Part shown: positions 20,293 through 34,407 of the stretch, piece after piece
Layout of the letters: every line of letters begins with the position of its first letter
Numbering within the stretch: the stretch's first letter is position 1
Origin: Pelagomonas calceolata
Taxonomy: Eukaryota
Assembly (NCBI GenBank): GCA_918797485.1
Contig: CAKKNE010000002.1
Span: 2,976,001-3,040,000 of the forward strand
Length of the DNA: 64,000 nucleotides
Direction of reading: 5' to 3'
Notes under the pieces: generated by a model
Told to the model about the DNA's origin: nothing
The model's database searches: none
The model's input: only the letters and a program-made list of their open reading frames with translations
Position numbers and translations under genes: made by a program

Positions 20293-20314
20293 CTAGCGGT
20301 CAGTAAGACACTAG
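20293..20314 (+). promoter_or_regulatory. Recurrent intergenic dyad motif
   Basis: CTAGCGGTCAGTAAGACACTAG between divergent genes. Confidence 0.7.
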
Positions 20315-20554
20315 GAAGCATGGGATGCGGGCGCGTCGACTTGCGCTATCGTGCCGTCGTGTAGGCGTGTAGTGACCGCTCGCAGCCGTTCACAGCGCGC
20401 AGCCTCGCGCCAAAGCGCCGCCGCACACCGGCAGCTCTCTGCACCACCGGAGCCAGGGAGGCGTTTCCAGCCGCGCGTTGACAGCGCGCAGCCGTCGCGC
20501 CAATAGCTCAGCCGCCGCCACGCAAGCTCCGCGCGCGGCGCCAAACAAGGAACC

Positions 20555-20935
20555 ATGGGAAAGAAGGACGAAGAGCCGCCGCCAATGGACGCCGCCACGC
20601 GCCGGACCGTGGCAAACATCCAGGCGGACTGGGACAACCGCGAACTTGTGGAAATTGTACAATTGAACCTCCTGACGATCACGAAGTTCCTGAACGACTT
20701 TGATAGCGCGACGCGCTACAAGCTAGCTAGAGTCAACGAGAAGCTCACGCGGCTGGAACGGACGCTGGACTCGTGCGAGGCCGCGGTGAGGGCGACGCTC
20801 GAGGGCGAGAGCTCCTCATCATCGCCGCCGCCGCGGAAGCCGCCGCCGCCGTCGTCATCGCCTACGAAAAAGAAGCCGCCGCCACCGCCCTCGCCGCCCA
20901 AGAAGAAGCCTCCGCCGCCGCCTCCGAAGAAGTGA
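20555..20935 (+). CDS. BRK1: BRICK1/HSPC300 (SCAR/WAVE complex subunit) with poly-Pro tail
   Basis: IQADWDNRE..I..FLNDFDSATRYKLARVNEKLTRLERTL. Confidence 0.88.
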   Translation: MGKKDEEPPPMDAATRRTVANIQADWDNRELVEIVQLNLLTITKFLNDFDSATRYKLARVNEKLTRLERTLDSCEAAVRATLEGESSSSSPPPRKPPPPSSSPTKKKPPPPPSPPKKKPPPPPPKK

Positions 20936-21226
20936 GTGTGGTTGGCCCCAGGCGTGTGTAATGTGAATGTCTACTGATTTTCAGTTGACCGGAACCGTTC
21001 GTGGCGCTAGTGTGTCTGCGAACACTAGGTGTCGAAACTTCGACGAAAGCGGGCCGGACAAAAAAGACGCTGTGTGGGAATCGAACGCCTCATTGCTGCC
21101 GTTCGAAGCTGAGTTACTCCTCGTACCTAGACCCCTCGCGCGCGCCAGCGTTCGGGTCCCTTGGGCGCCGTAGGGCACCAAACAGAGACGCCGGCCGCCC
21201 CGCGGCGGCGCCGAGCAAAGGGTAGC

Positions 21227-24200
21227 ATGTACGCCCGCCGCCGCACCCGCCAAGCCGTAGTCCCGCCGAGCCCCAGCTCCCTGAGCACGGCCACGCAGCG
21301 ATCCCGGAGGCGCTATCCTAGGCGAGACGACACGGAACGTGTAGATGCATTACTCCAAAGACATAGAGCGCCGCTGCGAGCTCTCTATTGCCACCTCGAG
21401 GCCCAATCTAGAAGAGAAACGGAACACACCGATTCATCCTACTTTGGCGGGTACTTTGGGGACGGCGCATCCCCATTAGCTTGGGATGTGGTACAGAGGG
21501 AACGTCTAAGACCCCGCTCCTCAGTGGTCGCACGAGCGGCAGCTAGATGGAGGAACGCGGGTAGCGACGTGCAGCGATATCTTCGCGGTAGATTCCGGAG
21601 CGACACGGTCGAGTTCGAGGGCTTCGAGGCTTTTTTCGCCGGCTGGGCGCGGCGGTCGGAGGGCGGGCTCGAGGCCTGTTTACGCGCTTTAGCGGAGGAG
21701 AGTTGTGGTGTGATCGAGGCTTCGTTAGCTTCCTCGCTGAAACTCAAGGCCCCGGTTTGGTTACTGTCGCGGGACGAACGACCTTCATCAAGTGTAGATG
21801 AGGTCTGGCGCCTGGCCTTCAAGACGCTCGCCACGAATGGCGAGTGGAGATGTGGAGACGCTTATAGATTTTGTAGGAGTGCGGGGTTGCTCGGCGACGC
21901 GTTGTCGCCCTCGTTTTTGCTCGCGGCCTTCGAGAACGCATTTACCTGTGTGGAAATCAAATTTCGGGCGCCCCACGTTGTCTCCGTAGTTGTATCTGCT
22001 CGATGGCGTGGAGGTTCACGAAGTATAACCTAACTCACTGGTCGATTTCCACACAGGCGTGTTCGGCAGGTAGCGGCACGAACGTCGCCCACTCGTCCTC
22101 CGTGTTGGGCTATGTAGCTAGACAAGAACCATCACTAACGACAGAAAGGGCCTGCGAGCAGTTCCTGAGGAAGGTCGCGAGTTGCTGGTGGCGCGGCGAG
22201 AACGGTTCAGATGATGTTAAGAGGGATGTGTTCCAGTGTTTTGTGGGCGAAAGGGTGCTACCTTTACTAGCTTGTACCAGAAAAGATGTACCCACAACCA
22301 GAGATGATCTCGAGGTGGACGCTTCTACATTGAGAGTGGTCCGAGACCACGATATGGCTTTACGGTGCCTCTTCGCGGCCTACTGCCAAGAGTCCACTGA
22401 GTGTGTACCATTGCTGGGCGTGCTGCACTTCGCGCGGGACTTTCGGTTGCTGACCGCGGGTCGATTCCCCCCTGCGATCGTCGTGGACTGCGCGCGGTCG
22501 GCACGACACGCGCGCCACCCGAAGGCCATGAACACGTCCCTGAGATGGCCGGAGTTCGTCGAGGCGCTGTTGCGACTGGCCCAATCTTCTGACGGGGATG
22601 AGTCACTCGCGGAGAAGACTCGCAAGTTGCTCCAAGTGATGGATCCGACGGGACGAGTGTTCAAGCGCGGGACCGACGTGGAGGTCGAGGCGACGGCGAC
22701 GGAGACTGATGAGAGTACAGTGGAGGAGCCTTTATCACGTACGAATGATCTCTTGGACGCGTCGGACGCTGTTACGCGGCGAGCGCAAGCGACGCGGGCC
22801 GCGGCGGCGCAGTGCCTTGCCGCGGCCGCTGATGCTACGCTACAGTTAGCAGCTGCCTCCGGAGAAGAAGCCCAGGAATTGCGAGCCATCGCGGACGGCA
22901 TGGCCGTGGCCGCGCGAGCTGCGGCTCGTCGAGGCGTGGCGCGGCCGCCGCCTCTGCCGCGCATCGAGGCGCCTCCGCTCTCACCGGAATCGTCGGAACG
23001 GGAGTGGCCGCCGCCGTCGCGGAAATCCGCTGATGAGCTCTGGAGGTCACCTAGGGGCGCGTCGAGCCCGCCGCCGCCACCGAAACGGAAAGTGCCGGCC
23101 ATCGACCTCTCAGAGGCTACAGTAGAAGAGAAGGCGGAGGAGCCGGACCACTGGTGGTGGGTCGACCGGGTGGACAAGCCCGTGGAGGCGGCTAGGCATG
23201 TGGGTGCGACGGCGGTGCAGTCCCACTGTCGCGGCTTTTTGCTGCGGAAGCGGCTGGCTCGTTTAGTGGAGGAGGTGGCTACGTCTCAAAAGTCGGAGAG
23301 CGTCGAAGAGCCAGAAGAAGTACAGGAGGAGGAGGAAGAACCGATCAAGAGCGAGGAGGAAGTAGTACAATCCCAACAAGAAGCGTGCACCGAGGACGAG
23401 CGGGCCGTGATTCATGCCTTTGCGCTGGCGGCGTTGCTAGGTGATGGAAGTCCCAGGCGTATTGCTAGAGCTCGTGTCTTAGTAGAAACGCTCAAGAAGC
23501 TGCCGGACGTGGAGGATGGCGGCGAAGCTGTGGTTGCGGCCCTCGATAAAGCGGGCGACCTGCATGTCGACGAGGACAAGCCGACCTTGGAGAAGCTCGA
23601 AGTTGCTCTCAGGGATGCTCTATCGAGAGTCGCGGTCGCGGAGAAGTTCAACCCGGCCGCGGCTCGGGACGCGCGCGTCACGGCTGAAAGATTAGGTGCT
23701 GCGGTTCGGCGCCATCCTGGGTTTTGGGCTCGTAGAGCGGCGGCGGATGCGGCCTGGGAGGCGCGGGAGCGACCAGCCAATAGAGACGCCTTAGCTGCCA
23801 TGCGGAAACTGGTTCCAAGAGATGTGAGGAACATGAGGGTCGAGGAGGTAGCTGCATTTCTTGGCGGTCGCGTGGGCTTGCACTCCGACGACGCGCGGCT
23901 GAAACCCCTGGCTAAAAGGATCGTGGACCAGAAGATTCTGTGGCTGGTGCACCACGATCCCGCTCGAACGGCGAAAATACACATCGCGGATTTACGTTCT
24001 AGATATATGTACCACGACCTCGATGCCGTTGAGTTACGCGCTGTGTACGCCGCCCTGCCGTCGGAATTCGAACACGACGAGGACAATGCCAAGCAGACTT
24101 GGAGAAGGGACGTCCGGAGGAAGCTCGAGGACAGCGTGAAGAAGTGCGACGCTGGGGATTCTAGGGCGGGCCACCCGGCTTATGATGTCCTGTCCACCGC

Positions 24201-24639
24201 TACGAGACCGCCGACGCCGCCGCCCCAAGAATCGACGGATGTGAGCGCCGAGGCGTCCGACGCGTCGGGACCCGTCAGTGTGCCGAAACGCGTGGCTTCG
24301 GCAGGGACGCTGGAAAGCGCGTTGAGCTTTGAAGATTTGATGGAGAAGCAAGGGCCGTTTCGGGCGGCTTCACCAGTGCCGCCTCCACAACAGGAGGAGA
24401 AGCCGCCGGACTGGCGCGAGTGCTACGACGCAAATTATAAACGGACGTACTTTTTTAACGTGGCTTCTGGTGAAAGCCGGTGGCGGGCGCCCGACGATAG
24501 GTACGTGCCCTACGAGAAACCTATCGAAGGGCCGGTCCGGGCGCAGTCTGTGGATCCTGCAGCTTTGAAGATGGCGGCGGAACGGGTCAAACGGTCGCTG
24601 TCCGAGAGCGCGATGCCCTTCGTCGCCGAACACGGGTAA
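21227..24639 (+). CDS. Large hypothetical protein with EF-hand-like segments, IQ motif and WW domain; 2 exons (intron 21938-22056)
   Basis: In-frame join FEN|ACS after removal of the GC-AG introner; AVQSHCRGFLLRK (IQ); PPDWRECYD..YFFN..GESRWRAP (WW). Confidence 0.75.
21946..22056. mobile_element. Introner element 1 (GC-AG intron 21938-22056, + strand gene)
   Basis: TIR CTGTGTGGAAATC..GATTTCCACACAG; 8-bp flanks GCATTTAC/GCGTGTTC (5/8); phase-0 in-frame join. Confidence 0.9.
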
Positions 24640-24672
24640 TGGTTTTGCGATCAATTAGTCGATGGGGAGGCC

Positions 24673-27600
24673 CTAACCGGGTAAGTGAAAGCTGCGGGGC
24701 TTTTTCGCCACCACCTTGGGTGCCGCCCGGGGATCGATGCCCACGCGCGATATCTCTCTTTTCCGGGCCTTGGCTGCCGCGGTCGCCTTGGTTGCGGCGG
24801 CTTGCTGCCGCGGCGTCTGCGCGCCCCCGGCCGGCGGACGAGGAGGTGGCGGCGTCGGTGCGCGGCGGTGATACACGCGCCCGAGAGAGCGCTTCTCTCC
24901 CGCGACCTTAGGAATCACGCGCCCGTCGGGTCCGACCGGGTTGAGGCGGCAGCAGTGCTCCAGGCCGCGCCTCTTGATCTCGGCGTTGACCGCCTTCGCG
25001 GCCTCCTCGTCGTCGTGGAACGTCCCCAAATAGCCCGCGCCGCCCTGGAGCCGCGCCTGCCAGTAGCCTCGAGCCGCCACCCAAGAGACCCCATGGAAGC
25101 GTGACGGTCGATGAGGATGTCGCGGCTTTCCTTCTGGCTTTCTCGTTGATTTCGTCACGCCCTCCTTGCGCCAGGGCGGCGAGCGGCCGCCCTTCCTAGG
25201 ATGAATGGGCGGCCGCGCGTCCCACTCCTCCTCCTCCTCGTCCTCCGAGCTCTCGGCTTTGACCCGCGCGGGTCGGACGGGCTTCTCGGCCTTGTGCGCC
25301 CGCAGCTTCCTTCTAAAATCGGCCGGCGTGTCGTACGCGCCGCGGCCGACGCCTCGGGCTTTCATCGCCTCCTTCAGCTGCTTGGTATTCATTCCAGAAA
25401 ACTCGTCGCCCTTCTCCTCGTCGCCGTCGTCCTTGGCGTCGCGCTCAAGCGCCAGCACCCGCGGAACCGCGCCCTTGCCACCCCCGAGGCCCGCTTCCTC
25501 GACGAGCGTTTCGAGCCCATTGGCCGTGCGCGGGTCGATGCCGACGCGCGCGATCTCGTCGGCGCGCTGCTTCGCGTAGGCCGCAGCTTTGGCCGCCGCG
25601 GCCTGCTGGCGGGGCGTCGCCGCGGGCGGCGGGCGGGGCGGCGCGGGTTCCGTTTTGACCCGCGTCCTGGGATCGCGCGGCGCCGGTTCCTCAGAAAGAG
25701 GCGCCTTCGTCAAATCAATAATCAGCTCGAACTTCTCCTCCCGCCCGGGCCCGGTCAGGTTCAGGAGCTCGGCGTCGCCGTCGTCATACCTAACGACGTG
25801 CTTGAACCCGTCGAAGGCCGTCACGACCTGTGTGGAAATCAAAATTTTACGGCGCGCTCGTGCTGAATCGCCGCATCGTCCTCCACGCCATCGACGCGAC
25901 GCCTGCTCGATGGCGTGGCGATGCCGGTGCCTCGCCGCTCGAGCGAGCCAGCACCGCCGCGTCATCGCCGAGAAATGACTTGTACACAGGTCGCGACGCC
26001 CTCGTACCACTTCTCGTCGTCCCGCCACCAGACCTTGATGCGCTGATTTAACAACTCGTTGCCGATGGGCCGCACGGCGTGCCCGTTCCCGTCGAGGTTG
26101 CACCCGACTCGAAAGTCGAGCGGCCCCCGCTCCGCGATCGCTTTCTTCGTGCGCTTTTTTGTGAGAGGGAACCGCCCGAACTTGCCCAAATCTTCAATTT
26201 TTCTAGGACCCTTCTCGCCCCGTTGATGTCTACCGTAGCAGATATCACAAAGGGTATAAGGGCCGTCGGGCCCCGGCTTGGCTCTTCCGGTAGTCCCCAC
26301 CCCGCTCCCGCACCAGTTGCAGCGCCAGGTCTTGGGGTCGATCTTGGGCGGCGGCTGGTACGGCACGTACGTCGGATCGTTCCGCCTCCGCTCCTTCTCG
26401 CGCTCCCAAGGTGTTAATTTCGCCGCGTTCGCTTCTGCGGACCCTAGACACTTCTTCTCATGATTACTTCGAGCGGGTGGATGTCTTGTACTAAAAGCGC
26501 CGCACTTCCGACACGTTAACAACGGCCTCGTATCTGGACCCATTTCTTCTTCAGAGGACTCCTCCTCGCGGAGCTGCTCCCTCCGTTGATGGCGCTTCCG
26601 CCGCAGATGGTCCACATCGACACCATTCCCTTCGCGCTCCATGGACACGAAGGCCATGACCGCCTTTTGAATCGACTCGTATTCCCGACCCCGCGGGTCC
26701 GCGTAGTAATACGAATGGCCGTTCGGCTTGGACTTCAGCCAGTTCTGCTTGCGCCAGGCGCGCCAGCCTTCTAAGTTTGGAGGGCCGAGGCCGTACCTTT
26801 CATGGGCGAGCTTGGCCTTGAACGCCACAAAAGCTAGCCTTTGATCCTTCGCCTCGTCGTCGTCGTCGTCGTCGTCCTCAGCTTCCTCGGCGGCCCGCAC
26901 GGCGCGCTCGGCGACGACGTCGCGCTTGTGGTGCTCGCGCTTCGACGGCGGCGCGCGCGGCCGTACGGGCGCCGCGTCGTCGTCGGACGGGGCCTCGGCC
27001 GCGCGGCGCTTCGGCGCGGGCGCGGGCTTGCGCGCCTTCGGCGGCGGCGCGCGCTTCGCTGCCGTCACGACGAGCTCCCAGCGCCTCTGTTCAAGGTCCT
27101 CGTCCCAGTCTTCGCCGTCCTCATACCGAATTTCGTGCAGCCTCCCGCCGTCGAAGGCGTTGACATGACCAACGAACCAGGCGCGGTCGTGGGGCCACCA
27201 CACTCTGATTTTGTGACCAATGAGTCCAGCGCCGTGCGGCGCATTGGCGGGCCAGGCGTGCTTCTCTTCTTGTGAAGGATGCTTCATCTGGGAGCGCTTC
27301 GGCGGGTCGCGCCTCCTTTTGGGAGGCGGCTTCTCCCTCGATACCGGCGGGCCGCGGCGCTTTGGTGTGGGCATGACCTCGTCGTCACTAAGCTCGTCGT
27401 CGTCGGGGCGCGGCGGCGGCTCATCTATACAAATCTCGGAGATGATGCTCACGTCGTCTCCATCTTCGTTGTCGACGAGGACGAGGCGGACGCGCTCCTG
27501 CGTTGGGTGGGGCGCGCGTTTGCTCTCCGCTCTACCTCTCGATCCCCCTAGGGAGTGTGCGCGCCGCCGAGGAGGCGCGGCCGCGTTCGCGCAACATCTT

Positions 27601-27685
27601 CTCCCAGGTGGGCTGCCCAGGTGCGGTCGCTGTGAAGGGACAGGGCTGCCCGCATTGTGTGGACGCGGGCGCAGACCTCGGCCAT
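24673..27685 (-). CDS. Multidomain chromatin protein: 2 Tudor-like, MBD-like, Zn fingers (one GATA-like), SAP-like, AP2 domain; 2-3 exons
   Basis: IGHKIRVWWP..YEDG and RIKVWWRDDEKWYEG|VVTAFDG..YDDGD (Tudor); YYYADPRGREYESI (MBD-like); CNWC..GPDGPYTLCDIC; SRFHGVSW..WQARL..YLGTFHDDEEAA (AP2). Start inferred through putative intron 27498-27676. Confidence 0.8.
25828..25989. mobile_element. Introner element 2 (GT-AG intron 25997->25828, - strand gene)
   Basis: Ends CTGTGTGGAAATCAA / TGACTTGTACACAG; TSD GTCACGAC/GTCGCGAC (7/8); splicing rebuilds a Tudor domain. Confidence 0.92.
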
Positions 27686-27867
27686 CGTGCTGGGGTCGAC
27701 CTGTGTCCCCGCGCTCCCCGGGAACTGCGAGAAACAAGCGAAATTGCGGAGAGCACTTCCTAGTGCGTTACATGCCGCTAGCTGCGAAGCATTGACCAAC
27801 CAGCCTATAGCTTGCCTATAGCTTGCCCAAAAGCGTTACGAACGTTCTAACTATTCATTGATCGACC

Positions 27868-28641
27868 ATGATGCGCTACAGCCCAGTTGTATTGCTTATC
27901 ACCACGAATGCCCTGCAGCACTCACCACGCCGCCGCTGCCCACGCACCATCCGCCGCAGCAATGATGAGGAGCTCTCGATCGACGAGTTGGAAAGGAGGG
28001 AACGGGCCCTATCCAATGACGACGACGGGATCTGGATGGATGCCTTCCACCCTCCAGATATTCACGAGTGCGCGCGCTATCGCTGGAGTCAGGACGCCAC
28101 CCATGTCAAGGTAGAGGTGCCGTTACCAAACCGGCCGTCGCAGACGGACGTGGCCCTTGTTGTTGGTGAAACGAGTTTCGACCTAAGTGTCGTAAACGCG
28201 GACGTGACGATTCGCGGCCAACTCGCCGGTGAGGCGAATCCGGGGAGGTGCGGCTGGGATTTGTTTGAGGAGGGCGATGGACTGGTGGTGCGCGTCGCGA
28301 AGCGGGGCAATGGGGACTGGGACGCGTTCCTCGTTGATGAAGTCCCGGCGCCGACGGCGTCCTATAAGGGCGTCTGTGAGGCGACGGGCGCCTCTTACGA
28401 ACAGACCTCCACGGAAATGCGAATCGAGGTGGCCCTGCCGGATCATGTCGAGGCGCGCGATGTGAACGTGGCGGTGGCGGGCGACGCGTGGTCGGTCGAG
28501 GCGGGCGCCTGGTCCCTTGGAGGGGCATTAATGGGCGCCGTCCGCGCGGACGACACGGCGTGGGTTGTCGACGATGGAGTGGTTTTCATGACGCTCACGA
28601 AGCGGGCCGCCAGGACGTGGTGGGCGGGGTTGACACGGTGA
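27868..28641 (+). CDS. Tandem CS (p23/NudC-like) domain protein with N-terminal targeting peptide
   Basis: YRWSQDATHVKVEVPL and SYEQTSTEMRIEVALP; W....L.K....W.. ends. Confidence 0.75.
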   Translation: MMRYSPVVLLITTNALQHSPRRRCPRTIRRSNDEELSIDELERRERALSNDDDGIWMDAFHPPDIHECARYRWSQDATHVKVEVPLPNRPSQTDVALVVGETSFDLSVVNADVTIRGQLAGEANPGRCGWDLFEEGDGLVVRVAKRGNGDWDAFLVDEVPAPTASYKGVCEATGASYEQTSTEMRIEVALPDHVEARDVNVAVAGDAWSVEAGAWSLGGALMGAVRADDTAWVVDDGVVFMTLTKRAARTWWAGLTR

Positions 28642-29095
28642 TAGTTCTCTGTTTGTGTAATTGTTTTCTGTTGTCTTCACCTACGGTCTTGCCGCTGTGT
28701 CTGCGCATGCTCTCCGCTTGATGGGTGGAAGGTCGCTCGTCTATAGAGCTCGTCTAGGCCGGTCGTCTAGGCCGGTCGCGTGACTCGCGTCGACGGCCCG
28801 GCGGGTTGTGATATCCAGCCTCGCGGCGTCCCCGCCGGCCTGAGCGGCGTCTCGCAGGCGTGGGGCGACGCGGTCGTGCCCTTGGAGGAGTGTTCGTAGG
28901 GCGAGGCTAGTGTGTCACCGCTATGATTATCGAAGTCTCTACGCGCGGCAGGTCGGTGCCCTGAGATTACAAAAACAACGTAAGTACGACACCCACCCTT
29001 GGCGCGCGCGAGGCGCCCGCTGCGCCGGAGCCCAGCGCTCGTGTCTCGCGCGCCGCGGCGCCCGCCCGCTTACACATCACACATGGCTCAGCTGA

Positions 29096-31663
<2,568 letters not shown>

Positions 31664-31734
31664 GCGCGCGTGGCCCTGGCCCCTGAGTAACTCATTCTAC
31701 TTGAACACTTACATACACTTGCGTTGAACCTCTC

Positions 31735-32493
31735 TCAGCAACCTCGCATCTCTGCTATGCAGTCGAGCTGGTCGCCGTCCTCCATACCGATGTCGGCAGG
31801 CGTCTGGTCGCAGCGGACGCGCGAGCCGTCGAAGAGGAATCTCACGCTCGCCGCACAGACACCCACCTGGGTAGACCAGGCGTCGAAGACTCGCTCCAGG
31901 GGCGTCGTCGGCATGACCTTGAAGTACTCCTCCCTTCCGGACGCGGAACGGACGCGGATGTTCAGACTGCCGCCGGATGTCGACGGCTGCGGCCCCTGCT
32001 CGTCCCGCACGACGGCGTATTTGCGCTTGAAGGAATTTTCCAGAGGATAGGTCCAGATATGCCTGTCGTACTCGTCCTCGAAGCATTCCTTCAGCTTGTG
32101 GAGTGTCCTCTCGCGGCGCACGCGGCGGGCGCCGCAGTCCAGGACCCCGTCCGGATCGTGATCCACGAATTGCTTGAACGCCGCGTCGCAAAACGCGCGG
32201 TACCCTCGGGTATCAAGGATGTGTTCGTGCCAAATTTCGTCGACGAGCGGCGGCGGTGATAACTTCGTCGCATCGAAATCTTTGCAAACGGCCTTCAGTA
32301 CCATAAATTGCTTGTATGCTGCCAGCGCATCAAACACCTCATCTTCGTTGAGATTGAGGTTGCGCGCACAGCGCAGTACGAGCCGGCCACCAGGTTCGAC
32401 CCTTTTTGTCGTATAAGGGTCGAACGGGAGCGCCACGTCGACCGCAAAAATCGCAGCAGCGATGGCGGTCTCGTCGGCTGCGTCTTCACTCAT
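31735..32493 (-). CDS. GRDP/DUF1399-like domain fused to a C-terminal SUMO-like domain
   Basis: YKQFM.L, SPPPLVDEIWHEHILDT.GY..FC..FVDHDP; LNIRVR..FKV..TTPL..RFLFDGSRV..DQTPADIGMEDGDQLD. Confidence 0.8.
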   Translation of the reverse strand: MSEDAADETAIAAAIFAVDVALPFDPYTTKRVEPGGRLVLRCARNLNLNEDEVFDALAAYKQFMVLKAVCKDFDATKLSPPPLVDEIWHEHILDTRGYRAFCDAAFKQFVDHDPDGVLDCGARRVRRERTLHKLKECFEDEYDRHIWTYPLENSFKRKYAVVRDEQGPQPSTSGGSLNIRVRSASGREEYFKVMPTTPLERVFDAWSTQVGVCAASVRFLFDGSRVRCDQTPADIGMEDGDQLDCIAEMRGC

Positions 32494-32686
32494 CTCGGCT
32501 CGCGCGCGCCGCAGGAGCGGGCTGCAGCCTCCAGGCACTGATGCCTGTTTTTATGGCAGGGCGTCGGGGAGCCACCAAGGCGCCAGCGCTGCGGCGGCCA
32601 AGCTCACTGGAGATTGTGAGGAGGCGCAGGTTATCGTATTGCTGCGTATTCGCCGCAGAACCACGGCAAACGTGATCAGCCGCTAA

Positions 32687-32708
32687 CTAGCGTGCTGTAA
32701 GACACTAG
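32687..32708 (+). promoter_or_regulatory. Recurrent intergenic dyad motif
   Basis: CTAGCGTGCTGTAAGACACTAG, about 190 bp upstream of minus-strand ATG 32493. Confidence 0.7.
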
Positions 32709-32786
32709 CAAGCAGATCGATAAGTGTCTTCCCCCCAGGGGCTCCGCCCACTAATCCTAGCACCGTAACAATAAGACCCGAATACA

Positions 32787-34003
32787 TCAACTTAACCCCC
32801 GAAACCCGTCCGTCGCCTCGACGAGCCGCTCCACGATCTCCGGCTCGAAGGCCGAGTGGCCCGTCGTCGTGATGTGGAGCGTCGAGCCGGGCAGCTTCCG
32901 ATGGAGCTCCCACGCCGACGTCGCCGGGCAGACGACGTCGTAGCGCCCCTGGACGATGACGCACGGGATGTCCTTGATCCTACTAATCTGCGCGTCCTCC
33001 AACAGCCAGCCGTCCCTCTCAAAGAAGCCGCGGTTCGTAAAATAGTGGTTCTCGATGCGCGCAAAAGCGAGTGAAAAGTCGTCGCCGGCCCACTGCGCCT
33101 CGAGCGCCTCCGGCGTCGGCGGAAGCAAACGACTGACGGAGCCTTCCCACACGCTCCAGGCCCGCGCCGCCCTCCGCATCTCTTCCTCACCTAACTCGCC
33201 ACGCAAACGCTTGCCATACGCGGCCACGTAGCCGTCCCGTTCGACCTCTTCAGTGGGAATAATTTCAGCGTACTTCTCCCAGGCCTCCGGGAAGACAAAG
33301 GCGGTGCCCGAGCCCTCGTAGAAGAAGTCGAGTTCCTTCTTTCTCAGTAAAAAGATGCCTCGTAAAACTAACGCTGTCACGCGCTCCGGGTGTTTGACCG
33401 CGTACGAGAGACCGAGCGTCGAACCCCAGCTCCCGCCGAAGACGAGCCAGCGCTCGATGCCCAGTTTCTCCCTTATTTTCTCGTAGTCCGCGACGAGGTC
33501 CCACGTCGTGTTGTCCTCCAACCTGCGTAGAATTCTCATGTCAACCCCCACGCCATCGATGCGACGCCTGCTCGACGGCGTGCACCCGACGCTCGGGTTG
33601 ATTTTCACACGGGACGGAACGAAGCGAAGGGTGTCGACTTCCCGCAGCCGCGCTGATCAACTAAAATGATGCGGTAATGATCTGGATCGAAATAACGCGC
33701 GTGGTTTGGGACTGTGCCGCCGCCCGGCCCGCCATGCACGAAGAGCGCTGGGGTACCTTGCGGGTTGCCGTAGATGGAGTATGCGACTTCATGGATGCCG
33801 ACGGTTATGGAGCCGGTCTCGTGGGCGTCGAGCGCCGGGTAGAGCCGCGACGTGCCATCATCAGACTCCGCTCCTTCGGCGGCTCCACCGCGCAACACGA
33901 GTCGTCGCAGCGGCGCCGGCAGTGGTGCTACACGGCTTGCGCGTGAAACGACGAGCGCTGCGGCTGGCTGCAATGTTGCCAGCAGCACGAGCAGGAGACG
34001 CAT
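32787..34003 (-). CDS. PIP: Proline iminopeptidase, 2 exons (intron 33523-33620)
   Basis: HGGPGGG, DQRGCGKSTPFAS|LEDNTTWDLVAD, FGGSWGST, VQGRYDVVCP, GHSAFE. Confidence 0.95.
33523..33612. mobile_element. Introner element 3, diverged (GT-AG intron 33620->33523)
   Basis: Ends CTGCGTAGAATT / TTGATTTTCACACGG; internal CCACGCCATCGATGCGACGCCTGCTCGA shared with element 2; donor 8 nt outside the element; restores the conserved PIP motif. Confidence 0.88.
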
Positions 34004-34407
34004 GATGTATGAGAGCTCTCTGTTATTTCGTCGCAGCGATGGCGTAACGCTGCGGAACTCGACTCGAGCTCGACCCAGTGATAAGTGCGCAACTCCTGCT
34101 GAATTGTCCGGTGCACCCAGACCAGCACAGCGCGAGCAGACTGCCACTGAGTGGCAGCCTAGGCCTCGAGGCCCGTGCTAGTGCCTCTCTACGCTAGGAC
34201 ATGCGCGCCATCCCTCCCGAAGCCGTTGCGGCACAAACAAGGCGTGAATACACCGACTCTCTAGACGAGGGGCACCTCCTTCTAGTGTACTTTGCGTGAG
34301 CGCAGCGCCCTGAGAGGCAGGCGCATTGCGGCGCCTGGGGCGCCGAGGGGCAGCCTTCAGCCGCGCGGGCAGCCTTTTTCGGGTCTCTCTCGTCGCGCAG
34401 TGGACAA

